A DNA stretch of 64,000 bases from an uncultured Acidimicrobiales bacterium. Its GTDB lineage: Bacteria; Actinomycetota; Acidimicrobiia; Acidimicrobiales; SHLQ01. Every line of letters starts with the position of its first letter. Position 1 is the first letter of the stretch. Below the pieces are notes generated by a model, which did no database searches, was not told the origin of the DNA, and was given only the letters and a program-made list of their open reading frames with translations. Below, one piece after another: positions 27,775-36,259 of the stretch. The translations under genes were made by a program, and so were the position numbers. The DNA is taken from NCBI GenBank assembly GCA_964517125.1, contig CAZFBD010000001.1:157790-221789 (forward strand), read 5' to 3'.

Positions 27775-29435
27775 GTCTCTCGGGACGCCTCGTGTGGCAC
27801 GCCGCCGAGCACGGTCCCCCAGACGTCGATGTTCCGGAGCTCCATTGGGTCGACTGTCAGTGGATCCTCTTCGAGCACCGCGAAGTCAGCCCATTTCCCG
27901 ACCTCGATGCTCCCCACCTCATGGTCGAGATTCAGTTGCTGCGCCCCACCGATCGTGGCGGCGTGCAGCGCGTCCATCACACCGATGCGCTCCTCTGGGC
28001 CAAGGATGTCGCCACTGGCCGTGACCCGGTTCACCGCGCACCACATGGTGTGCAGGTGGCCAATGGGTGTGATCGGCGTGTCGGAGTGAATCGAGAACGG
28101 GACGCCTTCCCTGAGGGCCGTACCGCACGCATCCATGCCGGCGGCGCGCTCGGGGCCGATCGTGATGTCCCGGTGCTGGTCGCCCCAATAGAAAAGATGG
28201 TTGCTGAAGATGTTGGCGTGCATGCCGAGCGCAGCCATCTTGCGGTACTGGGCCGGACGAGTCATCTGGCTGTGCTGCACCGTGTGGCGGTGGTCCCAAC
28301 GGGGGTGACGCTCAAGAGCGGTTCCCACCGCATCGATGAAGACCTGTGCTGCCTGGTCCCCATTGCAATGGCAGTGCACCGTGAGCCCAGCCTCGTGATG
28401 GATCGACACGATGTCGGCCATCTGCTCAGGCGGGACCAGCCACAGTCCATTCTGCGGAGCCCCTTCCGGTGGATTCAGGTAGAACGGCGAGCCGATCCGC
28501 GCCGTGAACCCCTGAATGGAGCCGTCCAGGATGACCTTGATGATCCCAAACTTCAGTTTGTCGGTGCATGCGCCCTTGAGCCGCTGAACAATTCCGGCCA
28601 GTTCGTGAGGATCCTGAGGGCCTCCGAAGAGCGAGGACCCGGCGACCATGACACGAACGGGATACGTCGGGTCGTCGGTGATCCGCCGCCACGCCTCGAG
28701 TTGTGCATCGTCATTCACTCGTGTGGTCCCGAGGTCGGTGACGAGTGTGTGCCCAGCGTTGCGGGCCTCCCACGCATATCCCCACTTCGCCTCATCTGAA
28801 CCGATCGCCGCGAACAACCCGGCAATCCCGGACCCGGCGAGTTGCATCGCAGGTGGTTCCTGAAGCTCGCCGTTGGGTGTGCCATCGGGGTTCCTGGCGA
28901 CACCCGGGGTCAGCGTGTGTTCATTGATCTCCGACTTGTGGAGCATGGCGGTGTTCACCGTCGCCAGGTGTCCGGACGCGTGATACACGTAGATCGGCCT
29001 GTGCTCAGAGACACGATCGAGGTGGGTGGCGACGAGCCGCTCCCCCGGGAAGTAGATGGGGTCGAGTCCCCATGCCAGCAACGGTTGTGCCGGGTCGGTG
29101 ATCGCCGATTCCTGTTCGATGAGACGGTCGATGACCTCGTCGATGTTCTTGCAGCCGGGCCACACCTTGCCGTGCGGGTCTTTGCGGTCGAAGAAGCCGA
29201 CGTAGGGGAACTGCCAGACTCCTCCGGCCATCACATGCGTGTGCGCCTCCACGAATCCGGGCGTGAGTATGTGGTCGCGAAAGGATTCGTCTACCTCGGC
29301 CGGCCCCCAACGGTGCAGTTCGTCGACCTCTCCAACGCCGACGATGCGGCCGTCGCGTACGGCGACAGCGTCTGCATCTGGCGTCGACGGGTTCATGGTG
29401 ATGATCCGCCGAGCGGTGTAAATCGTGGTGGTCAT
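27771..29435 (-). CDS. Amidohydrolase (Amidohydro_3/YtcJ-like)
   Basis: PGFVEAHTH, SGHLA, DGSIQG, HCNGD, HSD, GSIEVGKWADF. Confidence 0.88.
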   Translation of the reverse strand: MTTTIYTARRIITMNPSTPDADAVAVRDGRIVGVGEVDELHRWGPAEVDESFRDHILTPGFVEAHTHVMAGGVWQFPYVGFFDRKDPHGKVWPGCKNIDEVIDRLIEQESAITDPAQPLLAWGLDPIYFPGERLVATHLDRVSEHRPIYVYHASGHLATVNTAMLHKSEINEHTLTPGVARNPDGTPNGELQEPPAMQLAGSGIAGLFAAIGSDEAKWGYAWEARNAGHTLVTDLGTTRVNDDAQLEAWRRITDDPTYPVRVMVAGSSLFGGPQDPHELAGIVQRLKGACTDKLKFGIIKVILDGSIQGFTARIGSPFYLNPPEGAPQNGLWLVPPEQMADIVSIHHEAGLTVHCHCNGDQAAQVFIDAVGTALERHPRWDHRHTVQHSQMTRPAQYRKMAALGMHANIFSNHLFYWGDQHRDITIGPERAAGMDACGTALREGVPFSIHSDTPITPIGHLHTMWCAVNRVTASGDILGPEERIGVMDALHAATIGGAQQLNLDHEVGSIEVGKWADFAVLEEDPLTVDPMELRNIDVWGTVLGGVPHEASRET

Positions 29436-31267
29436 GCGGCAACTCCGTTCAGCTCAAGTCCCTGTGCAATCAAGTGGGCAACCCCGCAGATGCAGCCTCG
29501 ATGGTCGTCGGCAGCTTCGTGCCCAGCCAGCTGACGTGCAGCCAGCGCGGTACCGGAACCGCGACCAGCGGAACCGTCGGGCACGGGAAACCAGCGGCCT
29601 CCGTACACCGTGCCGAGAACCTGAATCGAGTCGAGTTCTTCGGGGTTGATTGCAAGGGGATCCCGATCGACCACCGTGAAGTTCGCGCACTTGCCGGCCT
29701 CGATGCTTCCGAGCTCATGTTCCTGACGCCACGACTGCGCAGCATCGATCGTCACGGCTCGCAGCGCGGCCTCGACGCTGATCCGTTGCTCGGGAGCGGC
29801 GATGCGCCCGCTCTGGGTGCGGCGGTTCACGGCACAATCCATCATCCCGATCGGATCGCTCCGTCCCATGGGAAGGTCAGAATGGAACGACAGCGGTATC
29901 GATCGGTCGACGACCGATCCGCTCCGAACCATCTGGTCTGCCCGATCGGGGCCGAGTCCGACTTCGCCGTACTTGTCCGCAAAACCGGTGGTGTAGTACG
30001 GATTCGCAGAGACGATTGCGCCCAGTCGCGCGATGCGGTCGACCTGCTCCTCGGTGGAGTTCGCGAAGTGCACGATGACCGTTCGGTGGTCGGGGCGCGG
30101 GTGTTCGCGCATCCGGCGCTCGAAGGTGTCGAGGACGACGTCCAGCCCGAGGTCTCCGTTCACGTGAACGTGGATCTGGAACCCGGCGTCCCAGTACAGC
30201 TTCGTCCGTTCCTCCAGTACCGGCGGGGTGAGCAACCATTCGCCGTGGTGGTCGGGATTCGGATCGCCGTTCGCGTCCAGATACGGGTCCTTCATCTGCA
30301 TCAGTTGGCTGAGGATCGCTCCGTCGGCGAAGAGCTTCACCTGTTTGGGAAAGAAGCGCAGCTTTCCGGACGGCGCCATGTCGTACTCGCGTTGCGCTCG
30401 AGCCAGTGTCTGATCGTGGGGCATGGACCGATCTGCTGGACCGCGTCCATCGGTCACGAAGGTGGTTGTGAATGGCGTGTCCTCGTGGCCGAGGATTGCC
30501 TGGTACAACTCCCACGCGCCGGGCACCAGAACGGCTCCAGGCTCGTTCACGGCGGTCACGCCGTTCTGGTGGAGGTACCGCACCATCTGATGCAGGCCGC
30601 GGGTGAAGCGTTCCTGGCTGAAGAGTTCGGGCATCAACAGCCCGAACAGAAAGACCATGAAGCCGCGCTCCCAGAAGTGCCCACGGTCAAGATCGATCAT
30701 GGCCAGTGTTTCGGCGTCGGTGGTCAGCGTGGCCTCGTCGATGCCAAGGGCATCGAGCGCTGCCGAGTTCAGATAGAACTCGTGACACGACCGCTGCCAG
30801 ACCCCGATGGGTCGTTCGGTGCTGATGGAATCGAGGACCGCTCGGGAGAGCTCTCCATGCCACAGCTTGTGGTAGCCCCAGGAGAAGAGCCATTCGCCAT
30901 GTGGGGTTCGGGCCTCGGCCTCGGCCAGCAGGTGCACGTACTCGTCGTGGCTGTGGGCCGCTGGATATGTCCGATCTGGGAGTACCCAGTCCTCGGTGGC
31001 GATGACCTCGGTGGCGAGTGTGCTCGCCCCCAGGACGGGGTGCAGGTGTTGGTCGATGAGGCCGGGAAGAAGCACGTCATCGATGTGCGTCTTGTCGACG
31101 GTGAATGGGGCATCAGCAAGTGCAGCGGTCACCTGGTCCAGGGTCCCAACCGCAACGATTCGGTCGCCCTTGACGGCCACTGCAGTCGCTGTCGGGCAGC
31201 CTGCGTGCACCGTGACGATCTGTTTCGCGACCAGAACCCGGATCGCGTCCCCCGAAGTGTTCCCCAT
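29432..31267 (-). CDS. Amidohydrolase (Amidohydro_3/YtcJ-like) with His/Cys C-terminal tail
   Basis: PGLIDQHLH, KLFADG, HVNGD, HSD, GSIEAGKCANF. Start ATG 31267 with TATGCT -10-like box 6 nt upstream. Confidence 0.88.
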   Translation of the reverse strand: MGNTSGDAIRVLVAKQIVTVHAGCPTATAVAVKGDRIVAVGTLDQVTAALADAPFTVDKTHIDDVLLPGLIDQHLHPVLGASTLATEVIATEDWVLPDRTYPAAHSHDEYVHLLAEAEARTPHGEWLFSWGYHKLWHGELSRAVLDSISTERPIGVWQRSCHEFYLNSAALDALGIDEATLTTDAETLAMIDLDRGHFWERGFMVFLFGLLMPELFSQERFTRGLHQMVRYLHQNGVTAVNEPGAVLVPGAWELYQAILGHEDTPFTTTFVTDGRGPADRSMPHDQTLARAQREYDMAPSGKLRFFPKQVKLFADGAILSQLMQMKDPYLDANGDPNPDHHGEWLLTPPVLEERTKLYWDAGFQIHVHVNGDLGLDVVLDTFERRMREHPRPDHRTVIVHFANSTEEQVDRIARLGAIVSANPYYTTGFADKYGEVGLGPDRADQMVRSGSVVDRSIPLSFHSDLPMGRSDPIGMMDCAVNRRTQSGRIAAPEQRISVEAALRAVTIDAAQSWRQEHELGSIEAGKCANFTVVDRDPLAINPEELDSIQVLGTVYGGRWFPVPDGSAGRGSGTALAARQLAGHEAADDHRGCICGVAHLIAQGLELNGVAA

Positions 31268-31332
31268 GGGCGGAGCATAGAACTGGCCCGCGTGCAACGC
31301 CGATTCGGTGCGGTACCACCCACCGAAACCGC

Positions 31333-31397
31333 AGGGGTCTGACCCCTAACAGCGTTTCGGGGTCAGACCCCTAACCATCGATAGGGGTCTGACCCCT
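31333..31397. repeat. Three palindromic GGGGTC(T/A)GACCCC units at a 25-bp period (REP-like)
   Basis: Units start at 31334, 31359 and 31384; the first two are followed by TAAC. Confidence 0.8.
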
Positions 31398-31442
31398 GGC
31401 GAAATTCTTGCGTTGGGTGGATCGTTCGCGTGATTGTGGGGC

Positions 31443-31742
31443 ATGTCGCTCACGCCCGCACACGCCACCGTTCAAATCGACAACGACGTCGTTCGGGTCA
31501 CCCGATGGGACTTCAAGCCGAACACGGAAACCACCGCGCACCGCCATGCGTGGGACTACGTGGTCGTGCCCGTCACCTCCGGGACCCTCACGATCACGAA
31601 CAGCGATGGGTCGGTCATGGAGGCAGATCTCGTTCCAGGCGCCTCGTACTCGCGAATTGCAGGTACCGATCACAACGTCGTGAACCTGACGGATCAGGTG
31701 ATCAGTTTCGTGGAGATCGAATTGCTTGACCGGCCGGGATGA
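31443..31742 (+). CDS. Cupin domain protein
   Basis: DNDVVRVTRWDF, HRHAWDYVVVP, AGTDHNVVN. Confidence 0.85.
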   Translation: MSLTPAHATVQIDNDVVRVTRWDFKPNTETTAHRHAWDYVVVPVTSGTLTITNSDGSVMEADLVPGASYSRIAGTDHNVVNLTDQVISFVEIELLDRPG

Positions 31743-31755
31743 GCGACCTGGCCAC

Positions 31756-32319
31756 TCAGTGGAGCGCGATGGATTCGCAGAGCTGAAGGCCGCGTTCGAG
31801 ATCTTCGGCGTTCTGGAACCGGGCCCAGTCGAGCCACATGCCGTTCGACGCCGCAATCAGGTCGGTGACACGCGCACGAACCGTGGCTTCGGGCAGGTCG
31901 GGCCGAGCAGCGGCCACCAGTCCGTGCATGGTCCGGCCATACGCCTCGTAGTGGGCGGCGTCGATGCGGGCGAGATCGGTGTCGGTGAGCGACACGGCCC
32001 ATAGGGACACGCGGAGCCGCAGGTAGTCGCCATCGAGGAACTCGTCGGTGAACGAGCCACGGAGGAACGCCCGAACCTTGTCCTCGTCGGACTCCACCTC
32101 GGCTGCGGCCGAAACCGATGCCTCGATCAGGCGCTCGGCGGCGCGATGAAAGGCGGCAAGAATGAGCGAATCCTTGTCGTCGAAGTGATAGCTGAGCAGA
32201 CCCAGCGAGACATCGGCTTCCTGCGCCACCTGCCGCATGCTCGCTCCTCTGACACCGTCGCGGACGATCACCGACTGCACTGCATCGAGAATCTGATCCT
32301 GGGTATCGGAGGTGGTCAT
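31756..32319 (-). CDS. TetR/AcrR family regulator (BetI-like)
   Basis: ILDAVQSVIVRDGVRGASMRQVAQEADVSLGLLSYHFDDKDSLI HTH; C-terminal NGMWLD. Confidence 0.88.
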   Translation of the reverse strand: MTTSDTQDQILDAVQSVIVRDGVRGASMRQVAQEADVSLGLLSYHFDDKDSLILAAFHRAAERLIEASVSAAAEVESDEDKVRAFLRGSFTDEFLDGDYLRLRVSLWAVSLTDTDLARIDAAHYEAYGRTMHGLVAAARPDLPEATVRARVTDLIAASNGMWLDWARFQNAEDLERGLQLCESIALH

Positions 32320-32372
32320 GATGGTTCGACCGTACCAGCCAGGGAAACGGCGCCGCCCGGTAGCGTTGCGCC

Positions 32373-32783
32373 ATGCGACACATCGATGCATCCGAGACGT
32401 GTCCGTGCGGCACCCGGCTGGCCTACGGGCGATGCTGCGGGCCCATCCATGAGAACGGGGCCGGACTGGGCACGACGGCAACGCAACTGATGCGGGCCCG
32501 GTACAGCGCATACGCGCTCGAACGTGGTGACTTCATCGTCGATTCCTGGCACGCCGACACGCGTCCTCCGACCGTTGTCTTCTCCACCGACATTTCGTGG
32601 CACGAACTGATCGTGGTCGAGTCCAGCGGAGGTGGAGCTCTCGACAGTGCCGGAACGGTCGAGTTCCGGGCGCGCTTCGAGCGGGGCGGCGAGCGCTTGG
32701 AGTTGCACGAGCTCAGTCGTTTCGAGCGCGTTGGGGGCCGATGGCAGTACATCGACGGCGCGGATCCGGACACGGTCCAGTAG
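32373..32783 (+). CDS. YchJ family protein (SEC-C motif plus NTF2-like domain)
   Basis: CPCGT..YGRCC, LMRARYSAY, GTVEFRARF, HELSRF, WQYIDG. Confidence 0.9.
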   Translation: MRHIDASETCPCGTRLAYGRCCGPIHENGAGLGTTATQLMRARYSAYALERGDFIVDSWHADTRPPTVVFSTDISWHELIVVESSGGGALDSAGTVEFRARFERGGERLELHELSRFERVGGRWQYIDGADPDTVQ

Positions 32784-32799
32784 GTTCCTCAGACCAGAA

Positions 32800-32834
32800 C
32801 TGGACGATCGTTCAGCCTTCTGTATTCTGGTCGC
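32800..32834 (+). promoter_or_regulatory. Putative operator (CTGGACGATCGTTCAG) plus leaderless promoter
   Basis: Near-perfect 16-bp palindrome at 32800-32815, TATTCT -10-like box at 32823-32828, ATG at 32835. Confidence 0.6.
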
Positions 32835-33689
32835 ATGGAGCTAGACACTCTCGACGAAGTCGTAGACCTCGACCGCTACCCGATCCACCGGCTCGACAGC
32901 CCCGTGCGACAGGAACTCGTTGCGGCAACGCGGCACGACATGGACGCGTACGGCTGCTACCGCATCTCGGACTTCATCCGCCCGGAGGCGATCCAAACGA
33001 TGCTCGCAGAGGCGGAACGGCTGACCGATCAGGCGTTCTGGGCGCAGCAGGACCACAACCCCTACGCGTCGCCCGCCGACCCAACGCTGCCGGACGACCA
33101 TCCGCGAAACACGATGCAGCACCGGATGAGCGGATTCATCAACTCGGACATCCTTCCGACGACGTCGTTGCTCAACAAGATGTACGACTCCAACGTCATG
33201 ACGCACTTCATCTGGGAGTCGCTGGGAACGCCCCGACCGATCTATCAGTGGGCCGATCCCCTCGGGCGCAACCCGTACGGGGTCATGCAGACCGACCACG
33301 TCTTCCCGTGGCACTTCGACGGCAACGAGTTCACGGTGAGCATCCTCGTCCAGAAGGCCGAGTCCGGCGGTGTCTTTGAGTACGTGCCGGACATTCGCAC
33401 GCCCGACGCGGAGAACTTCGAGCGCGTCCAGCACATCCTGCAGGGTGGACGCGAGGGCATTCGCGAGCTCGATCTGCTCCCCGGCGATCTGCAGCTTTTC
33501 AAGGGCCGGTTCTCGCTGCATCGCGTGACCCCGATCGTCGGCCCAACAACCCGCTACATCGCACTTCCCACGTACGTGTACGACCCGTGGCGGATGAACC
33601 GCCCGCACCACGCCACCACCTACTACGGACGTGCCACCGAGATTCACCGTCAGCGTGAACAGGTACTGGTGGACGGACTGGTCGACTGA
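32835..33689 (+). CDS. 2OG-Fe(II) oxygenase-like protein (BesD/HalD-like fold, HxD type)
   Basis: FPWHFDGNEF, GGVFEY, PGDLQLFKGRFSLHRVTP; HxD...H triad intact. Confidence 0.75.
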   Translation: MELDTLDEVVDLDRYPIHRLDSPVRQELVAATRHDMDAYGCYRISDFIRPEAIQTMLAEAERLTDQAFWAQQDHNPYASPADPTLPDDHPRNTMQHRMSGFINSDILPTTSLLNKMYDSNVMTHFIWESLGTPRPIYQWADPLGRNPYGVMQTDHVFPWHFDGNEFTVSILVQKAESGGVFEYVPDIRTPDAENFERVQHILQGGREGIRELDLLPGDLQLFKGRFSLHRVTPIVGPTTRYIALPTYVYDPWRMNRPHHATTYYGRATEIHRQREQVLVDGLVD

Positions 33690-33690
33690 C

Positions 33691-34605
33691 GTGTCGGCGA
33701 CGACCATTGCCTTCATCGGCCTGGGCAACATCGGCGGCGGCGCGGCTGCAAACCTCACTCGGGCCGGGCATGACGTCCGCGTCGTCGACCTGGACCCAGC
33801 AAAGGTCGCCAGCCTTCAACAGCTCGGCGCCACAGCTGCGCCAACGCCGGCCGAAGCGAGCCGAGATGCCGACGTTGTTTTCACCTCGCTCCCCGGGCCA
33901 CCGCAGCTGCGCCGCCTGGCCGTGGACATCCCGGACGACGGCGAGGATCAGGGAATCCTTGCGGCTCTTCCTTCTGAAGCTGTGTGGATCGACCTTTCGA
34001 CCAACGACCTCGAGACCGCCAGGTGGCTCGATGAACGAGCCGCAGAACGGGGCATTCGCATGGTCGACGCCCCCGTATCGGGTGGCCCCGAGGGCGCTCA
34101 AGCTGGCACGTTGTCAATTTTCGTGGGGGCTGCGGCCGAGGACTTCGCCGACGTGCGGCCGTTGCTGGACATCATCGGCGCCAAGGTCGATCGTGTTGGC
34201 CCTCGTGGCGCCGGAATCGTCGCGAAGATCGCCCAGGTCACGCTCTGTTACACCCAAACCGTCACCCTGATCGAGGCGCTCCTGCTCGGGGTGAAGGGCG
34301 GGGTTGAACCTGCGATGATGCTCGATCTCATTCAGAACAGTGCTGGCTCCAGCTACTGCGCCGATGTCTACGGCCCCGAAATCCTGGCGGGCACCTATGA
34401 CGAGTCCTTTCCGATCAGCCACGCAGCGAAAGACATGCGGCTGGCAATGGAGCTGGCCGGCACCCTCGGGGTCGACGTCCCACACATGGCAGCTGTTGCA
34501 CAGCTGTACGAACGGACCGAGGAAGAATACGGTTCTACCTCTGCGCATCTGCTTGCGGCTCAGCTCCTCGAGCGAGCCAACAATCTCGTACTCCACGAAC
34601 TCTGA
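33691..34605 (+). CDS. NAD(P)-dependent beta-hydroxyacid dehydrogenase (3-hydroxyisobutyrate dehydrogenase family)
   Basis: FIGLGNIG, DLST, DAPVSGG, conserved AK, KDM. Confidence 0.88.
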   Translation: MSATTIAFIGLGNIGGGAAANLTRAGHDVRVVDLDPAKVASLQQLGATAAPTPAEASRDADVVFTSLPGPPQLRRLAVDIPDDGEDQGILAALPSEAVWIDLSTNDLETARWLDERAAERGIRMVDAPVSGGPEGAQAGTLSIFVGAAAEDFADVRPLLDIIGAKVDRVGPRGAGIVAKIAQVTLCYTQTVTLIEALLLGVKGGVEPAMMLDLIQNSAGSSYCADVYGPEILAGTYDESFPISHAAKDMRLAMELAGTLGVDVPHMAAVAQLYERTEEEYGSTSAHLLAAQLLERANNLVLHEL

Positions 34606-34636
34606 ACCCGGACAAGAAGAGCACCGAAAGAGACAT

Positions 34637-35413
34637 ATGACTGAACCACGCGAAGTGACCGCCGACGACTTCACCGCAGCTCATGCAGGGAGCTTCACCG
34701 GCGAAGAGTGGGAGGCCCGGGTGGACCTCGCTGCCATGTACCGCCTATCGGCACACTTCGGCTACGACGACACCATCTGGAACCACATCACGATGCGGGT
34801 GCCCGGCAGCGACCACGACTTCTTCCTCAACAAGTTCGGCCTGCTCTACAACGAGGTGACCGCGTCGAACCTGATCAAGGTCGACAGCGAGGGCACCGTG
34901 CTTGAGGGGCCAGCCGACGTGAACACGGCCGGCTTCGTCATTCACTCGGCCATTCACAACGACTTCCCCGAACACAAGGTGGTCTTTCACGCCCACGTAC
35001 CAGACGTACTGGCGGTGACGGCGCTCAAGGACGGCTTCCAGCACATCGTGCAGGACACCTCCATGCTCTACGGAGAGATCGGGTACCACGATTGGGAGGG
35101 CCTGTCGCTCACGCTTGAAGAGCGCGAACGCCTCGCCAAGAACATGGCCGGCAACCGCGTGCTCATCATGCGCAACCACGGATTCCTCACCGTGGGTGCA
35201 ACCGCCGGTGAGGCGTTCATGGTGATGCACTACTTCGTTCGGGGATGCCGGGCGCTGCTGAAGGCCCACGCAACCGGTCAGGAGATCGACCCCGGGCCAA
35301 CCGACATCTGGGAACTGTCGAAGCGCCAGTACGACCACTTCCCGCTCGGCAAGTTCGAATGGCCTGCGCTCAAGCGGATGCTGGACCAGATCGATCCCAG
35401 CTACCGCCAGTAG
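34637..35413 (+). CDS. Class II aldolase/adducin family protein
   Basis: RVDLAAMYR, NHITMRVP, VTASNLIKVD, AGFVIHSAIH, HAH, MRNHG. Confidence 0.9.
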   Translation: MTEPREVTADDFTAAHAGSFTGEEWEARVDLAAMYRLSAHFGYDDTIWNHITMRVPGSDHDFFLNKFGLLYNEVTASNLIKVDSEGTVLEGPADVNTAGFVIHSAIHNDFPEHKVVFHAHVPDVLAVTALKDGFQHIVQDTSMLYGEIGYHDWEGLSLTLEERERLAKNMAGNRVLIMRNHGFLTVGATAGEAFMVMHYFVRGCRALLKAHATGQEIDPGPTDIWELSKRQYDHFPLGKFEWPALKRMLDQIDPSYRQ

Positions 35414-35414
35414 G

Positions 35415-36089
35415 TCACAGCCTCCTGACGAAGTCCACAACGGCCTCGATTTCGGCATCGGTCAGCTGACCGCTGAATGCCGGCATGCCGCTGCCACCAT
35501 TGGTGACGCGGTCGATCTGGCCCGAGCGCGGATCGGCCGCCGAACCCTGAAGAATCGGCCCGCGGCCGCCGCCACCGGAGCTCCCGTGGCACGACGCACA
35601 TCGCTGGGCGAACACGGTCGATCCGTCCACCGTGACCGCTGCCGCCGTGGTCGTTGTTTCCACCGCTGTTGAGGTCGTGGTGGTTTCGGCCTCGGTCGTG
35701 GTCGTGGCTGCTTCGGTCGTTGTGGTTGTTGCCGCCTCGGTCGTGGACGTGGCGGATTCGATGGTGCTCGTGGTGGTCGCCGGAGCCGCCGTTGTCGTGG
35801 TTGTCTCTGCCGCCGCCACACTCGTGGTCACGTCGGTGGTCGTGGGAGCCTGGGTGGTTGAGGGAGCCTGAGTGGTGGACGATGTCGTCGAGGGAGCCTC
35901 GGTCGTGGTCGATTCGCCAGCATCGGTGGTGGTTGGCTCGTCCACGGTGGTGGTCGGCTCGGCCGCTGACGTGGTGCTGCGGTCCTGTTGAGCGGCGAGG
36001 ACTTCTGCCGTCACGTCGTCGCCACCACCGCACGCCCCAACTGCCAGAACCACAGCCAGCGTGGCCATGGCTCGGTGTGTCTTCTTCAT
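35415..36089 (-). CDS. Lipoprotein monoheme c-type cytochrome with long Thr-rich stalk
   Basis: MKKTHR signal, lipobox VGAC, about 110-aa Thr/Ala/Glu low-complexity linker, CASCH, GMPAF distal Met. GGAGG SD upstream. Confidence 0.85.
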   Translation of the reverse strand: MKKTHRAMATLAVVLAVGACGGGDDVTAEVLAAQQDRSTTSAAEPTTTVDEPTTTDAGESTTTEAPSTTSSTTQAPSTTQAPTTTDVTTSVAAAETTTTTAAPATTTSTIESATSTTEAATTTTTEAATTTTEAETTTTSTAVETTTTAAAVTVDGSTVFAQRCASCHGSSGGGGRGPILQGSAADPRSGQIDRVTNGGSGMPAFSGQLTDAEIEAVVDFVRRL

Positions 36090-36259
36090 TGGTCCTCCGT
36101 GACGTGCGGGGCGGTGGTCGACCCCCAAGGCAGATTCGACACCAGCGACGGAACCGGATGCCTTGCGGTAGCGGTCACCGTCGCATTCTGAGAATCAGGT
36201 AATACCACGCACCTGTGCTCCGGGGCGATCGCTCCCGTCCACTACCTTGAGAACACCCC

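Noticed and set aside
31333..31397. CRISPR array
   Set aside because: Repeats (13-17 bp) and spacers (8-12 nt) are too short, there are only three units, and no cas genes are in the window.
32835..33689. BesD-type halogenase
   Set aside because: Retains the HxD carboxylate ligand that halogenases replace with Gly/Ala.
35630..35980. Tandem DNA repeats (GTCGTGGTC-like units)
   Set aside because: Explained by the Thr-rich linker codons of the cytochrome c lipoprotein.
36185..36204. MprA-like box upstream of the HtrA-like gene (ATTCTGAGAAT; CTGAGA-N5-GTAATA)
   Set aside because: Only one good half-site; too weak to call.
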